Positions 13,899 to 27,179 of a stretch of 64,000 nucleotides of DNA are shown here, piece by piece. The stretch is from Octopus sinensis (Eukaryota). Both the position numbers and the translations under genes were made by a program. The notes below the pieces were generated by a model, which was not told the origin of the DNA, made no database searches, and was given only the letters and a program-made list of their open reading frames with translations. The stretch spans positions 620,001 through 684,000 of the forward strand of contig NC_043017.1 of NCBI RefSeq assembly GCF_006345805.1, given 5' to 3'. Each line of letters opens with the position of its first letter. Position 1 is the first letter of the stretch.

Positions 13899-14197
13899 GG
13901 CGCAGGCGTGGCTCTGTGGTAAGGAGCTAGTTACCCAATCACCTGGTACCGGGTTCAGTCCAACTGCGTGACACCTTGGGCATGTGTCACGATATTGTCA
14001 CCTTCGGCATTGACAAACGATGTTGGTGTGTTTACCTCTTTGTAACTTAGCGCCTTAGCCAAAGAGACAGATTGAATAAGAACTAGTCTTTCAAAGAATA
14101 AATGCTGAGATCGATTTCTTGGACGAGAAACTCTTTAAGCCGGTGCTCCGACATGGCCGCAATCAAATGACTGAAACAAGTGAAAAAATAAAAGAAT
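13899..14197 (+). mobile_element. SINE family B (tRNA head + CORE-like ACCTTGGGCAAGTG + AT-rich tail)
   Basis: GGCGCAGGCGTGGCTCTGTGGTAAG..GGGTTCAGTCC..ACCTTGGGCATGTG..CATGGCCGCAATCAAATGACTGAAAC, matching other copies in the window. Confidence 0.85.
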
Positions 14198-14462
14198 ATG
14201 TGTGCATATGGTGTACATATAACAGACAAGGTAAAGATAATCAAGGAATGTATTAGACGCTCAGGAAATGAGAAAATGAAGGAGAAGCTATTTGCGTTGC
14301 GAACATTCACTCTTCTTTTGAATGATAGGAGAGACGAGAAGAGATAAGAACGGAGAAGGAAAAGTGCAGTAACAATATAAAATGCAACTTGGAAAAAAGA
14401 ATGTCCTGGAATTTAATATTGAGAGTTGTTGAATACGTACACAAATACCTGTACAGGCAATA

Positions 14463-14837
14463 TGGAGGAACATTCTCATCAAAACATCTGTCAAGTGTTA
14501 ACATAATAGGCTGGATATAGTTGTTTGGGAAAGACAAGAAGAAGTATATAGAGTCATAGAGGTTAGCTGATGTGAATATCTCTTTAGAAATCAAAGAGAA
14601 AGGAGATAAATCTGGGCAGCTGCTTCGAAAGCTCCAGCTTTTATATCCGGATTACCAATTTACGTTTATTCCTATAATAATGGAGCACTTGGATTTGTAA
14701 GTAAATGCCGAGCTGTCAGTCTGGATAAGCTTGGATTTTCAGAAAAACAAATCATCCAACTGGTTTGCTCATTCCAAATACAATCTGTACGAGGAACAAT
14801 AAAACTATGCAAAACTTTTCTTAGGTTTAAAATGTGA
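14463..14837 (+). mobile_element. 3' RLE fragment of a second R4/NeSL-like LINE family
   Basis: IKTSVKC*HNRLDIVVW..VIEVS..VNISL..LQLLYPDYQFTFIPII.GALG..IKLCKTFLRFKM*. Confidence 0.7.
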
Positions 14838-15139
14838 CATTGTTGGAATTTTGTTAAGGTTATTTCTAAAGATATTCTATAGAAATTAGAGCCAGCATCG
14901 ATTTTGGCTGCAGCGTTTCGTATCGAGACGTCAGATGTAAACAAACGAGGAGATCGATGACTAAAATTGGTATTGAGTGTATATACCATATTGCAGGGGG
15001 TTTTTTTGGCCCTTCATCAGTAACCATCCAACCTATCTTGCCTTCGAAAACATTGCTTATAAGGCAACGTGTTCTCCAGAGGAAGAATATAAATGATTAA
15101 ATGCAGAAGAGACATATACATATATACATAACTGCACAG

Positions 15140-15400
15140 TGCTGTCTTGCTAACGTGAATATCTCTTTGAAAACCAATGAGAGGATAACCAGGGACGGCT
15201 GCTTCGAAACTGCCACCCTCTATATACCGATAATTGATTGACATTTATAGTAATAATAATAAGCGATCCCGATTTTGTAAGTCTGCATAAGCAAGGGATT
15301 CCGTGAAAAAGAAAACCAACCAGCAAACTCGTACATTACAAATATAATCTGTAAGCGGAACAGAAGAAACCTGCAAGACTTTCCTCAAGTTTAAAATGCG
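15140..15400 (+). mobile_element. Second, more decayed copy of the same RLE 3' fragment
   Basis: GTGAATATCTCTTT..GGCTGCTTCGAAA..CTGCAAGACTTTCCTCAAGTTTAAAATG aligns with 14570-14835. Confidence 0.65.
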
Positions 15401-15551
15401 AATTTGTCTTTGCTGTCTGCATTCCAAAGATGGAGCTTTGTATCTTTGTTAGAAACCAGCACCTTCCCCACAGGAAGTATTCTAATAATTAAAACAGAAG
15501 AGAACAAATATATATTCTACAAAACACACACACACACACCACACACAACAC

Positions 15552-15583
<32 letters not shown>

Positions 15584-16340
15584 GAGAATCCTGAACCTGG
15601 GGTTGGGTGCTGCAGTGGATATAGCGTATCTTCCTACCATTCCAAGATCTCTTATATATGTGTATACGTCTATATATGTATATGTTTGTGTGTGTGTCTG
15701 TATGTATGTATATATAACTCACACACACACACACACACATATTTATATATATATAAAGAGTTATATTTGTAATGTAAACTTCTATAATGTTGAATTAATC
15801 TATGTCTTTTATATTAATAAATATCTCTAATATTATTGTGATGGCGTTTATACGTTGCTAAAAAAATGTAATATTATAGAATCCAAGCAATTAAACATAT
15901 CTAAGAGCATCGAATAATTCCCTGTCTTTTCCTTTCGATTTCGATTGCTGAGAAACCGTGATTTGGTTAGCGTTCATTTATATTAAAATTTCGGAACCAT
16001 AAATGTCAACATAACATTGTTGATAATATTAATAAGATGGATTAATTTCTCAGACAAGAGAGAGAATAAGCGCACACAAACATTGGGAAAAACTTCTACG
16101 TATATTTATATATGTGAAAGTGTGAACGTACATAAGTGTGTAATGTATTAGTAATGATAATACTAAAAATAATAACTATACTAATGATGCTGCCGATGAT
16201 GATGATAATGATAACAATAATAATAGTAAAGTTAATGATATATAAACATATATTCATATACATATGAACACACACACACACACACACACGCACGCACACA
16301 TATATACACATATATACGCATATATGCAAATACTTAGAAC

Positions 16341-16385
<45 letters not shown>

Positions 16386-16512
16386 TATAGTGTATGGTAA
16401 TGGTGGTGGTGGGAAAATCTGAGCAAAAATGGAAGAATGTGTAATATCTCTTCAAAATTTATAGTGTTATATATATATATGTATGTGTGCGCGTGTGTGT
16501 GCGTGTGTGTGT

Positions 16513-16543
<31 letters not shown>

Positions 16544-16776
16544 CATATATACATTTATGTATGTTTGCATGTATGTATGTATGTATGTATGTATCTATCT
16601 ATATATATATATATATATATATCTTTTTTGCATTTTGTTTTTTGAAATAGAATATCTGAAAGCACACACAAAGCTATAAATAATAGAATGGAAATATTGG
16701 TTTGAAAAAATCCTTCTGAATAGAGAAGCTCGTAGTTTGGCTGTTGTATATTTATATATACATACATTGTAATATA

Positions 16777-16852
<76 letters not shown>

Positions 16853-17086
16853 CGAATATATATATATATAGACATATATATACATTCATATATATACACA
16901 TATATAGGCGCATATTTTAATTTTTATTGCTCGCATTCATAAAACGGACGCGATAAATACGAGAATGACGCCACTTCGAAGTCAGTGATCTATCTTTTCC
17001 TTGCAAAAGCTAATAAACACGCACACCTACTAAAAAAAATTCAGTAAACTTAATTTTAAATTATTTCAGGAAGACTTCGAAATCAC

Positions 17087-17157
<71 letters not shown>

Positions 17158-17510
17158 TATATACTTGAAGAATAGATTTTTTCAAAATCAAATACCATTC
17201 ATAATATAGAATTCCTTCCAAAGACATTTTAAACTATGTATCAAAAGGAAACTAACAACCAGCGTGATACGAATTTTGTAATAAAAATATGTAAAATGAC
17301 AGAATCGTTATCATGAATGATCATTTTCATACAATATATTTCAATATATTAAATTACAGCATGACTAAATCGTTTTTTAAAACAAATGAAACCGGTAGCA
17401 TATTTCAAGAAATATCAAAATACTTTTCTTTCATTATGCCTGATTAACTACTGAAATCAATTTCCTGTTTGGTTTTCTTTATAAATTTACACGTGAAATT
17501 TACCATTTTC

Positions 17511-17648
17511 GCATGACCGTGTGGTAAGGAAGGTTGCTTCCCAACCACATGGTTCCAGGTTCAGTCGACTGTGTGTCACCTTGAGTTAGCCTCGGGTTTA
17601 GCAAAGCCTTCTGGATTTAGTAGACGGAAGCTGAAAGAAGCCCGTCGT
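17511..17648 (+). mobile_element. SINE family B, 5' half
   Basis: GTGTGGTAAG..CCAACCACATGGTTCCAGGTTCAG..GACGGAAGCTGAAAGAAGCCCGTCG. Confidence 0.8.
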
Positions 17649-17732
17649 ATATATGTATATATATATACATATATAAATATATATATATATATATGTACAC
17701 ACACGCATATACATATATATTCCGTGTGCATT

Positions 17733-17772
<40 letters not shown>

Positions 17773-18100
17773 TATATTTCGTGTGCAGTGCACCAGAATT
17801 TTCGACTAGAGTTAAATGTCACAAACTACTCCAAAGTGTTGTTAGAGTATCGGTATAAGTGGGGTCTGGAGCGGCTAGTTGCACCTAAATTTTTTAACTG
17901 AGAAAGGTCATGCGTAATGGATGCATTTCCTATGATCTGAAACGTACGTATTAAATGATATATATCCCCGAGTCTTTTAGGATTTGAACTCCCATGTTAA
18001 AAGATGTATTACGAAGAACAGAAGCAATGAAATGAAATAAAATAAAAGATGAATATATTTAAAATTCTGAGAAGAGGTAGTAGCCTCATTATAACACACA

Positions 18101-18330
18101 GTAGATTGGAACTGGAAAACAATGGTAAATTTTACGTAATATTAACTGGACTGGAACTACAAAATTCCTTAGTTGTTTCCGGTGGAAAAATCGATTAAAA
18201 AATTAGAACGAGAAATTATCTGTGAAAATTCCATTATATAAATTCCCATGGATATTATCGATAAATTTATCTAATAATAACGGTTAACTTAACACACGCA
18301 CACATATACACATACATGCACGCACGCATA
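18101..18330 (+). repeat. Local 170-230 bp repeat, copy 1 of 4
   Basis: Nearly identical to 20574-20776; diverged copies at about 18990 and 23769. Confidence 0.85.
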
Positions 18331-18537
18331 CGCATATACGCGCACACACACACATACGTACACATACACACGCACTCATATATGTATTCCTCGATTCTCT
18401 AAAAAGCAGAGTATTACGTTGGGAAATGAGGGCGAATAACGAGGAAGATTTTCGTCAGATATAAAATAAACGATCTAATGATATAGCGTGAGAGTGTCTG
18501 TCGTTCCACTGTTTGGTTGATATTTAAATATTTATCA

Positions 18538-18732
18538 GGCGGCGAGATGGCAGAATCGCTAGCACACCGAGCAAAACGCTTCGCGGTATTTGGGCTGTTT
18601 TCAAATTTGCCCGAGATCCACTGTTTCATCCCTTTCGGGGGCAATGAAATTAATACCAGTTGGACACTAGAATCGATGTAGTCGACATGCTGTCTCCCCA
18701 CAAGATTACTGGTCTGGCCCCAAATTTTGAAA
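18538..18732 (+). mobile_element. SINE family A (GGCGGCGAGCTGGCAGAATCG head), decayed
   Basis: Aligns with the copies at 29497, 34466, 52870 and 62618. Confidence 0.75.
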
Positions 18733-18989
18733 TTAATATTTAAATTTATAACTGTCAGCTGTCTATTTTCTCGTTGAACATTTACTGAAAATTATATGTT
18801 TCTGTTAAAATTACTCAGCCCCCGAAGACTCTGTATTTGGATAATTTCATGCAGCATTTCAGCAGTATGTTTTATCCGAATATTTGAACGAATCCGAGTG
18901 AAACGAGAGCTTTTAACTATTAATCAACTCCGAAACGACTCTAAATCATTTTTTGTCAGATGTGGCTACCGTCTTCTAGGATATTACAA

Positions 18990-19135
18990 TAGATTTGGCA
19001 AAACAAGTTTAAACATTACAAAATAATAAGTGGATTGTAACTAGTATATTCCTTAGAAATTTTCAATGCAAAAATCGATAAAAAGGAGGAACAATACATG
19101 AGGAATTTCCATCATTAAACTCCCATGGACATTTC
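18990..19135 (+). repeat. Local repeat, copy 2 (diverged)
   Basis: AAAACAA..ATTCCTTAG..AAAAATCGAT..TCCCATGGA collinear with copy 1. Confidence 0.6.
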
Positions 19136-19453
19136 CGGCAAAATGATCTAATTATCGGGCCTAATACAATATGTATGTATGTATGTGTATATATATATAT
19201 ATATATACACACACACATATATATATATGCATATATCTGTATATGCGTACGTATGCATACATGCATGTGCATACGTGCATATATATATACATGTACATAT
19301 ATGTATATGAATACATACACACGCACACACAGACACACATACGTATATACTTATTTTTAAAATCTTAATATATGTGTGTGTAGATATATATATTATATAT
19401 ATATATATAACTATACATATGTATGCATATAATGTATGTATGTATGTGTATAT

Positions 19454-19484
<31 letters not shown>

Positions 19485-19618
19485 GAATGTATGTATGTAT
19501 GTATGCATATTATGTATGTATTCTTTCATTCTGTCATTCTTTCCTATGTTTCAGCCTTCAGGTTGCGACCATATATATAATGTTAGTAGATATGTGTTTT
19601 TGTATGAACGCGTGTATG

Positions 19619-19655
<37 letters not shown>

Positions 19656-19776
19656 ATATGAGAGCTTGAAAGAAACAGGATAAAGTATATCCAAGATTAA
19701 CTGTGTAATACATTTATTCCTTCAAAGCGTATGGTGCCGTTAGTTACTCCGTATTGCAATCGCTGTTTACGCTTAT

Positions 19777-20095
19777 ATACATGCATACATGCATACATGC
19801 ATACATACATACATACATTCATACATACATACATGCATACATGCATACATACATACATACATTCATACATACATACATGCATACATGCATACATGCATAC
19901 ATACATACATACATACATGCATGCATACATACATACATTCATACATACATACATGCATGCATACATACATACATGCATACATACATACATACATGCATAC
20001 ATACATACATACACACATACATACATACATACATGCATACATACATACATACACACATACATACATACATGCATACATGTGCGTATGCATACGCA
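19777..20095. repeat. (ACAT/GCAT)n tetranucleotide array
   Basis: Direct reading. Confidence 0.95.
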
Positions 20096-20187
20096 TACAA
20101 CCATCCATCCAAAAGCTATCCATCCATCTTCCGTCCTCCATCCGTCCATCCATACACGCACACACACACACACATATATATATATTT

Positions 20188-20305
20188 ACGTATGTATGTA
20201 TGTATGTATGTATGTATATTATTATTCAACCTATTTCAAGATATCTTGCCAATAAAGAGCCGGTTTCTAACCTAGATTTAAGCTTCCTTGATGGCATGTC
20301 AACAT
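20188..20305 (-). mobile_element. 3' end of an unidentified retroelement with (ACAT)n tail
   Basis: Reverse-complement match to 33552-33680 (TAGGTTAGAAACCGGCTC..GCAAGA.ATCTT.AAATA then CATACAT repeats). Confidence 0.6.
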
Positions 20306-20573
20306 CATCGGTGTAGTTTTGTATGTATATATTCAGTATTTGGAGTCACTTCATGTTTTGTCTTATGTACCTATTCTCATGCATATATTTGCATCTCTAG
20401 ACAGGTGCATAAGTGCTTAAATGATAAACTTCTGGAAAGTTTGACAAATATTTATATTCCCTGTGATGACGTTGGTCTGTTGTTTCGAATCAGCTTTCTC
20501 CCTTCCGGTTTTGAGAAGCCTATTTTCTCAAGAGTGGTACCTAGGTAGTGTGATACACTACCCAGGGTCCCAG

Positions 20574-20776
20574 TAATTTTACGTAATATTAACTCGACTG
20601 GAACTACCAAATTACTTAGTTGTTTTCGGTGGAAAAATCGATAAAAAAATTAGAACGAGAAATTATCAGTGAAAATTCCATTATATAAATTCCCATGGAT
20701 ATTATCGATAAATTTATCTAATAATAAAGGTTAACTTAACACACGCACACATATACACATACATGCACGCACGCAT
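20574..20776 (+). repeat. Local repeat, copy 3
   Basis: Near-identical to 18128-18330, including the downstream CA-rich tract. Confidence 0.85.
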
Positions 20777-20784
20777 ATATACAA

Positions 20785-20915
20785 CGTATATACCTGAAGT
20801 TGTAATCTGGATAGAATATCTGCAGATTTCTCAATAGTTCAGCGTAGGTGTTTTCGTTTTCGCTGATCTTTAGCTTTATGGTAACATCCACTGGGCAGCT
20901 GATTTCTACAGCTGT
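20785..20915 (-). mobile_element. Short RLE fragment (same family as 14463-14837)
   Basis: AVEISCPVDVTIKLKISENENTYAELLRNLQIFYPDYNFRYI. Confidence 0.7.
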
Positions 20916-20999
20916 TTCTTTTTTGTCAGGCGTATCATTCCACTCGTTCTCCTTATATTGAATGGCTATGACCTCCAACATATGTGGGTCCTTATTTCT

Positions 21000-22560
21000 T
21001 TGGCCTTAGTATTACTCCTTCTGATGGATCTCATTATACAGTGTCCTGATTACTCCTTTCATAAACTTTACTAAATCAAAAATGTATTACAGATACTGTA
21101 AAATAATCCCAAGGAATCTAATATGGCTTGCTTTATCATTCCATATGCAATATAAATTTAAAATAGTTTATCAAATCTACATACAGGTCTATTTATGAGC
21201 ATTTTAATAAGGATAATAGATATAGTGAGATTATTAAGTATACGTATTTCAGTGTTGGTTATAGTTTAACTCGCAGTCTGTTCATGATTATATTATCTAT
21301 TAATAACAGAAAATAAGCTAATTTCTACAGTAATAGAAATATTTATTACAATAATTCATCATAACATCAACATAACCCCCCTCACTTAAATAATAACGCT
21401 GACAGCCATACATACCTTAATGATAGAAAGGAGATAATCCATATTAATTACTTTCTTAACAGCACTTCGAATAAATTTATACAAAAAATGTAAATGAAAC
21501 TTGTAACTGTAAAGTTAATATTAATTGTAGGTTTGAAAATTTATGAAAGAAAGATAACTTAGTCTACCAATGTATAACTGAATCGCCAAAGAAATTCTAT
21601 TATATAGGATCAACAGAAAACAAAATTAAGATTAGGTTTGCTAATCATTTACAAAGCTTTAAAAATAGACAAATAATTAACTCTACCGGATTAAGTTCTT
21701 ATGGAAATTAAAGGATAACAACATTGAATGTAATCTTAGAAGATTCTTAGTTTTCCTAGTTCATATAAAATCTCAAAGAAACGATGTGAGTTGTGTAATG
21801 AAGAGGCATACAGGAACCATGTACTTAGCCAAAGAAAAGAAAAAAAAGCATCTTGCGTTTACTTAGGAAAATATGTTTTCTCTAAGTATAATAAAACTAC
21901 ATACTTATAACGTAACATTAAACTATGTAATATAACATTCATATAATACCCTCCAGTATTTAGAAGGCATTTTACCTATTGATATAATAGACTGAAATTG
22001 ATATGTGACCATCTATTAGAAGGATTTTCTGAATCCATTTCACCATAAATACTGTATGTATAAATGTAATTCGCGTATACCATATTTATATCGAACTGAA
22101 ATCATAGATTATATTTCTTATAATACATACTCTATTTAACATTATTACCTTACATTAATAATTAAAATTCTAATTTAAAAAAGTTTAACCAGTAATTAAT
22201 AATAATTATTAATTAATTTATACAGATTAATTTAATGATTATATTATGTTTGGTAACTATTTCTATAAACACTTGGTGTGATGACGTAAAGCACCAGATT
22301 TCCATATATAGCTAATATAACACCATTTTTCTATATTTATACAGAACTGAAAAATTTAGACTATTTCTCTGATAATACAGACTATATTCGGCCAACTATA
22401 TTACGAAATTTTAAACTTTAAATAATAATTAACAATACTTATTTATTAATTAATAGAGATGAACTAAAACATTATGTATTGAGAATATTCCATAATCTTT
22501 CTGTAAACACCAATTATGATGACGTAATTCCCCACATCTCTCTCTCTAACGCTAATGTAA
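21000..22560 (+). mobile_element. Old, decayed Penelope-like element (second type)
   Basis: CNC at about 21502, then DNLVYQCITESPKKFYYIGSTENKIKIRFANHLQSFKNRQIINSTGLSSY (21553-21702), then WKLKDNNIECN and ILSFPSSYKISKKRCELCNEE across frameshifts. This is a PLE GIY-YIG signature. An AT-rich 3' region follows. Confidence 0.75.
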
Positions 22561-22789
22561 ACAAATAATGTATATTCATCGTGCTCGTTATGTCAGAGAT
22601 ATATACGTATGTATTGTGTAAATGTCATTTTACGCAAATGAATTTCAGCTAAGCATTAATTTAATTATAGTGTAAGGTAAAGAAATACTATAGAATTGAA
22701 TGTTGTAATGCTTAAATGTTCGTGTATGAGCGTGGAGGACTTAAGTGTCAGCTGATACGAAGAGGATGGACAGATGTGTGTATCACACC

Positions 22790-23020
22790 CGTGGACTATC
22801 CCCTTAACGTTGACGGAGGTGTTTGTGTGCTTCAATGACCTGAAGAGCTAAGCTATCCGGAGTCTTGTACTCCTGGTAGAGCCGCCCAAGGTGGTAAGGG
22901 CGACGGGTAGAAGTCAGACCTGGTAGTCCAGGTTGGAGGTTGAGGAATGGACTAATAAACCATTCTCGTAAAAAAGTACTTTTTACGGAAACCAGAAGCG
23001 CTCAAAGGGTAAGTTCATAC
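22790..23020 (+). mobile_element. RTE-clade LINE 5' UTR fragment
   Basis: CTGGTAGAGCCGCCCAAGG..CTGGTAGTCCAGGTTGGAGGTTGAGG..AAACCATTCTCGTAAAAAA resembles typical RTE 5' leaders (pattern recognition). Confidence 0.5.
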
Positions 23021-23163
23021 TGCACGAAAGCAGGTTTTCAAAATGAGACTGGCCTCTCTTTTACGGTCCATGCTGATGTTGCATAATAAACAAGCCGAAC
23101 TTTTACTCTTGTCTCATGTATGTAGGAAAGTTAATCAATATATTTCATTAATCTATTAACGCC

Positions 23164-23276
23164 AAAAATATGTTTACTCTACGTATAATTCGACTACATA
23201 CTTAAGGTAACATTAAACTATGTAATATAACATTCATATTCTATCTTCCAGTATTTAGCAGGCGTTTTACCTATTG
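23164..23276 (+). repeat. Second copy of the PLE ORF-end/3' segment (21868-21980)
   Basis: AAAATATGTTT.CTCT..ACTACATACTT..GTAACATTAAACTATGTAATATAACATTCATA..CCAGTATTTAG.AGGC.TTTTACCTATTG in both. Confidence 0.8.
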
Positions 23277-23394
23277 GTGTAACGCCAAAAATATTTGCGT
23301 ATTACCCATAGTAATCTTTAATATGAAAAATATCTATTGCTGGTATGTCAGCGATGTACATAATTTTTTCTGGGAACGTCTGAGCCGCTCGTAA

Positions 23395-23560
23395 AATTTT
23401 GATTGGCTCCTACATTCATCTCCATACACGTTCGGCAACTTTGCGTAGGCCTCCGAGGAAGTATCGCTACACGCTACACACATTCCTTCCAAGCACGGCT
23501 GTAAACAGCGGAAGTGAGCTACAACGTTAAAACATAGTGCGCATGCACAGCAGAGTTCAA
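23395..23560. promoter_or_regulatory. Candidate promoter/enhancer motif cluster
   Basis: CCAAT (ATTGG 23402-23406), FOX TGTAAACA (23500-23507), ETS CGGAAGTG (23509-23516) and NRF1-like TGCGCATGCA (23538-23547) in a CpG-containing non-repeat island. Confidence 0.35.
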
Positions 23561-23690
23561 AGTCACTATTTGGCAAGCGATTTTATTCTGCGTGCTTTAG
23601 TTCGTCACGATGGCAATAATCCGGACACTTATTGATCAGACCTTGATATATCTGTGTTTGTGTATGTGTGTGTGTGTGCGTGTGTGTGTA

Positions 23691-23726
<36 letters not shown>

Positions 23727-23768
23727 TAGTGAGTGCCGAGCGTCAGACATTTATCCTGAAATTACAAT

Positions 23769-23865
23769 CAGATTGGGAAACAACGGTAAATGTTACGAAA
23801 TAGTAGTGCGACTGCGACTACCAAATTCCTTAGTAATTTCCTGTGACCAAAAAATCGATAACAGA
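23769..23865 (+). repeat. Local repeat, copy 4 (partial, diverged)
   Basis: GATTGGGAAACAACGGTAAATGTTACG..ACTACCAAATTCCTTAG..AAAAAATCGATA. Confidence 0.6.
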
Positions 23866-23970
23866 TAGAAAGACAACAACAATATATCTGATGATCGTCA
23901 GGAAAGTAACCCTGTCTTTACAACATTTGTCTGTATATATGTTTATCTCCCCCCCCCCTCTCTCTCTCTC

Positions 23971-24001
<31 letters not shown>

Positions 24002-24172
24002 AATATACATACACACTCACACACACATATAAAAAATGATATATATATATTCGTAAATGATATTATATATAGATATATGGATGTATATATATATGTGTGT
24101 GTATCTAATTATATATATATATATGTATGTATGCATATATGTGCGTGAGTGTGTTATATATATACATTTATG

Positions 24173-24221
<49 letters not shown>

Positions 24222-24839
24222 TTATGTAATTGCATGTAGCCAAGCATACATATATCTACCCACACATGCACACACAGAGACATATGTCGGGAGGAAGAGA
24301 AAGTGTCAGAGCATGAGGAGAGAAAGAGATCCGAGTGTGGAGAGAGCGCGAGAGAGGAGAGAGAGCAAGCTGCCAGCGTGTTTTAATGTGTGAAATTAGA
24401 GTTGCATCACGTGATATGAATTCTCAATGCATCTGTCCTCTATCTATTGAGAGAAAACACATGGAGAACACACACAAACATACAGATACTCAGAAACTCA
24501 CGCATTCACAGACATTCACATAAATTCACAAACATACCTACATATATATTCACACACACAGGCTTATGCAGTGAACGAGTGACAGACAGTGATAATTATA
24601 GAGATTACAGGAATCTGTGACAACCATACTTCTTCAGGTGAAGACAGCTTTAAATAATGCATAAGAACGGAGCAGATTGTGCAAAGCGCTGTAACTTTTG
24701 TAAAACCGAGGCAAATGAAAATAGAAAATGTTTTTGCATTCGTTACAGTTTACGGTTTTATTTTCGATAGCTTAAAATTCCACCACCGTCTGGCCTCATG
24801 AAATCTCTTACAATTTATCGTATTATCATTGTTGTGGCT

Positions 24840-24948
24840 GTTATCCTCATCATCATGATCATCATCATCACCATCTTCTTCTTTTTCTTTTTCATCATCA
24901 TCATCATCATCTTCTTCTTCTTCATCATCATCATCATCATCATCATCC

Positions 24949-24989
<41 letters not shown>

Positions 24990-25435
24990 TTCTTCTTCTT
25001 CTTCTTCTTCTTCTTCTCTTCTTATCTTTTCTTCTTCTTCTTCTTCTACTTCTTTTTCTTCTTCTTCTTCTTCTTCTTCTTCTCCTCCTCATTATTATTG
25101 TTGTTTTTGTATTTTTAATATCATAAAAAATTATCTCATCCCCTCCTCCTCCCATCCCCTTCTCCCCTTCCTCATTATTATCATCATAACCTTCTTCTGA
25201 ATAATCGCCCCCGCTATCAGCACCATCATCATCATCATCATCATCATCTTCATTATCATCATCACCACCACCACCACCATCACCACTATCATCATCGTTA
25301 TCGTCATCATCATCATCCTAATCATCATCATCATTATCGTCATCATCAACACCGTTACTACCACCACCACCACCACTACCACCAACACCACCAGCGTCAT
25401 TATCATTCACGATCGCCATCATCATCATCATCTTC
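24840..25435. repeat. Compound (CAT/CTT/CAC)n trinucleotide tract
   Basis: Direct reading. Confidence 0.9.
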
Positions 25436-26066
25436 CTCATGATCATCAGCCGCATTATCTAATCCCCGGTGTTACCACTTTAGATGACTTTCCGGCTTTC
25501 TTAATTACTTTTTGCCATATTTTCTTTTTTTTATTTGTAATTTCTATTGTTGTTTTTCTGTGTTGTTGTAATGTTTATTCTCTTTGTCAACATTTTTTTG
25601 CTATCAATATCGATCACCGTTCGATTACTCTAACTTTTAATGTCTTGTCTATCTCGTATAAAAATGTGTACAAGTCTATTCAATGCATATATGTGTGCGT
25701 GTGTGTGTGTGTGTGTGTGTGAGTGAAGGAATATATGTATACGTATATATGTATGTACGTGTATATACGCATGTATATATGCATGGAGAAATATATATGC
25801 ATATATACGTCTATACATACACACACATATATATCATCTGTATATGTCTATGTATGTGTGGTGTTTTATATATATATATATATATAAAAGAGCAATAAGA
25901 GTCAAGTTAATTTAAAAATTTACTTGATATATAACTTAGATGCACCAAAAAAAACTATACTGATTTAACATACAGTAATGTGGGGTGATTATAAGCGAGA
26001 AAGAAGCAACAGAATGATAGGTTTTTTAGTACGAAAAACCTATCCATTCTTGTTGCTTCTTTCTCG

Positions 26067-26111
<45 letters not shown>

Positions 26112-26116
26112 GCATA

Positions 26117-26222
<106 letters not shown>

Positions 26223-26894
26223 ATATATATATACATACATATAATATATATATATGAGTAAGAGACACAGGAGAGAAGCGAATGACAGAAAAAGATTTAA
26301 AAGGTGGAGAAGACAAGGAGGTTGTGGGGAAGAAAAAACATGGAAGCAACCTTGTTTATATTCTCATACAAGTCATAGTTAAATCTGGTCTGACATGTCA
26401 AATTGGTGGTGCTGCAAGTTAACAGTGACCGACCAATCACTCCTGCGAACTAATCACCTAATCGACTAACCAAACAATCAAAACAGCCTCGACATCATTT
26501 AAAAGCAAATGTAAAAATAATGATATACAGCGTGAAAGGAAAAATAAAATGAGAGCGCCAACCGCAAATAAGCAGAGCAAGCGATAAACGAAGACGATGT
26601 AATAAAATGGCGAAACGAATATTAACAATGAAAATAAAATGTCGTGAATATAATATATATATAAGGGGAGACAATTAACCCCACTGGTATCCCAAGAGGA
26701 AGACTTGTCAGTTAAGGGTGGTGGGGAGATGTGTCTATGACTATTGATAACCTCTGGAGAAACGTAAACAATCTTTTTTGTTTTTTAATGTTACTGGGGA
26801 ATTGGGGATTGAGGAAGGAGAGTTTAACGTTGCAGAACAAATGGAGCAAAATGGTGGTAAAACTTTGACAAAGAGATTATCTATCGATATTTAT

Positions 26895-26979
<85 letters not shown>

Positions 26980-27083
26980 CATACATATACATATACATAT
27001 ACACACACACCACACACACACACATATATATATATATACATATATACATATACATATACATATATATATATATATATACATAT

Positions 27084-27160
<77 letters not shown>

Positions 27161-27179
27161 AATATATATATACATATGT

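Noticed and set aside
14908-14934. Minus-strand CTGACG..GAAAC motif
   Set aside because: The core lacks the final A, and there is no convincing stem II or stem I.
21000-22560. Very AT-rich, microsatellite-free block initially resembling a mitochondrial insertion (NUMT)
   Set aside because: No mitochondrial gene, rRNA or tRNA motif found; translation gives a PLE GIY-YIG instead.
26741-26768. TTGATAA-CCTCTGGA-GAAACGTA in a TA-flanked island
   Set aside because: Two core mismatches and no stem I pairing; too degenerate to call.
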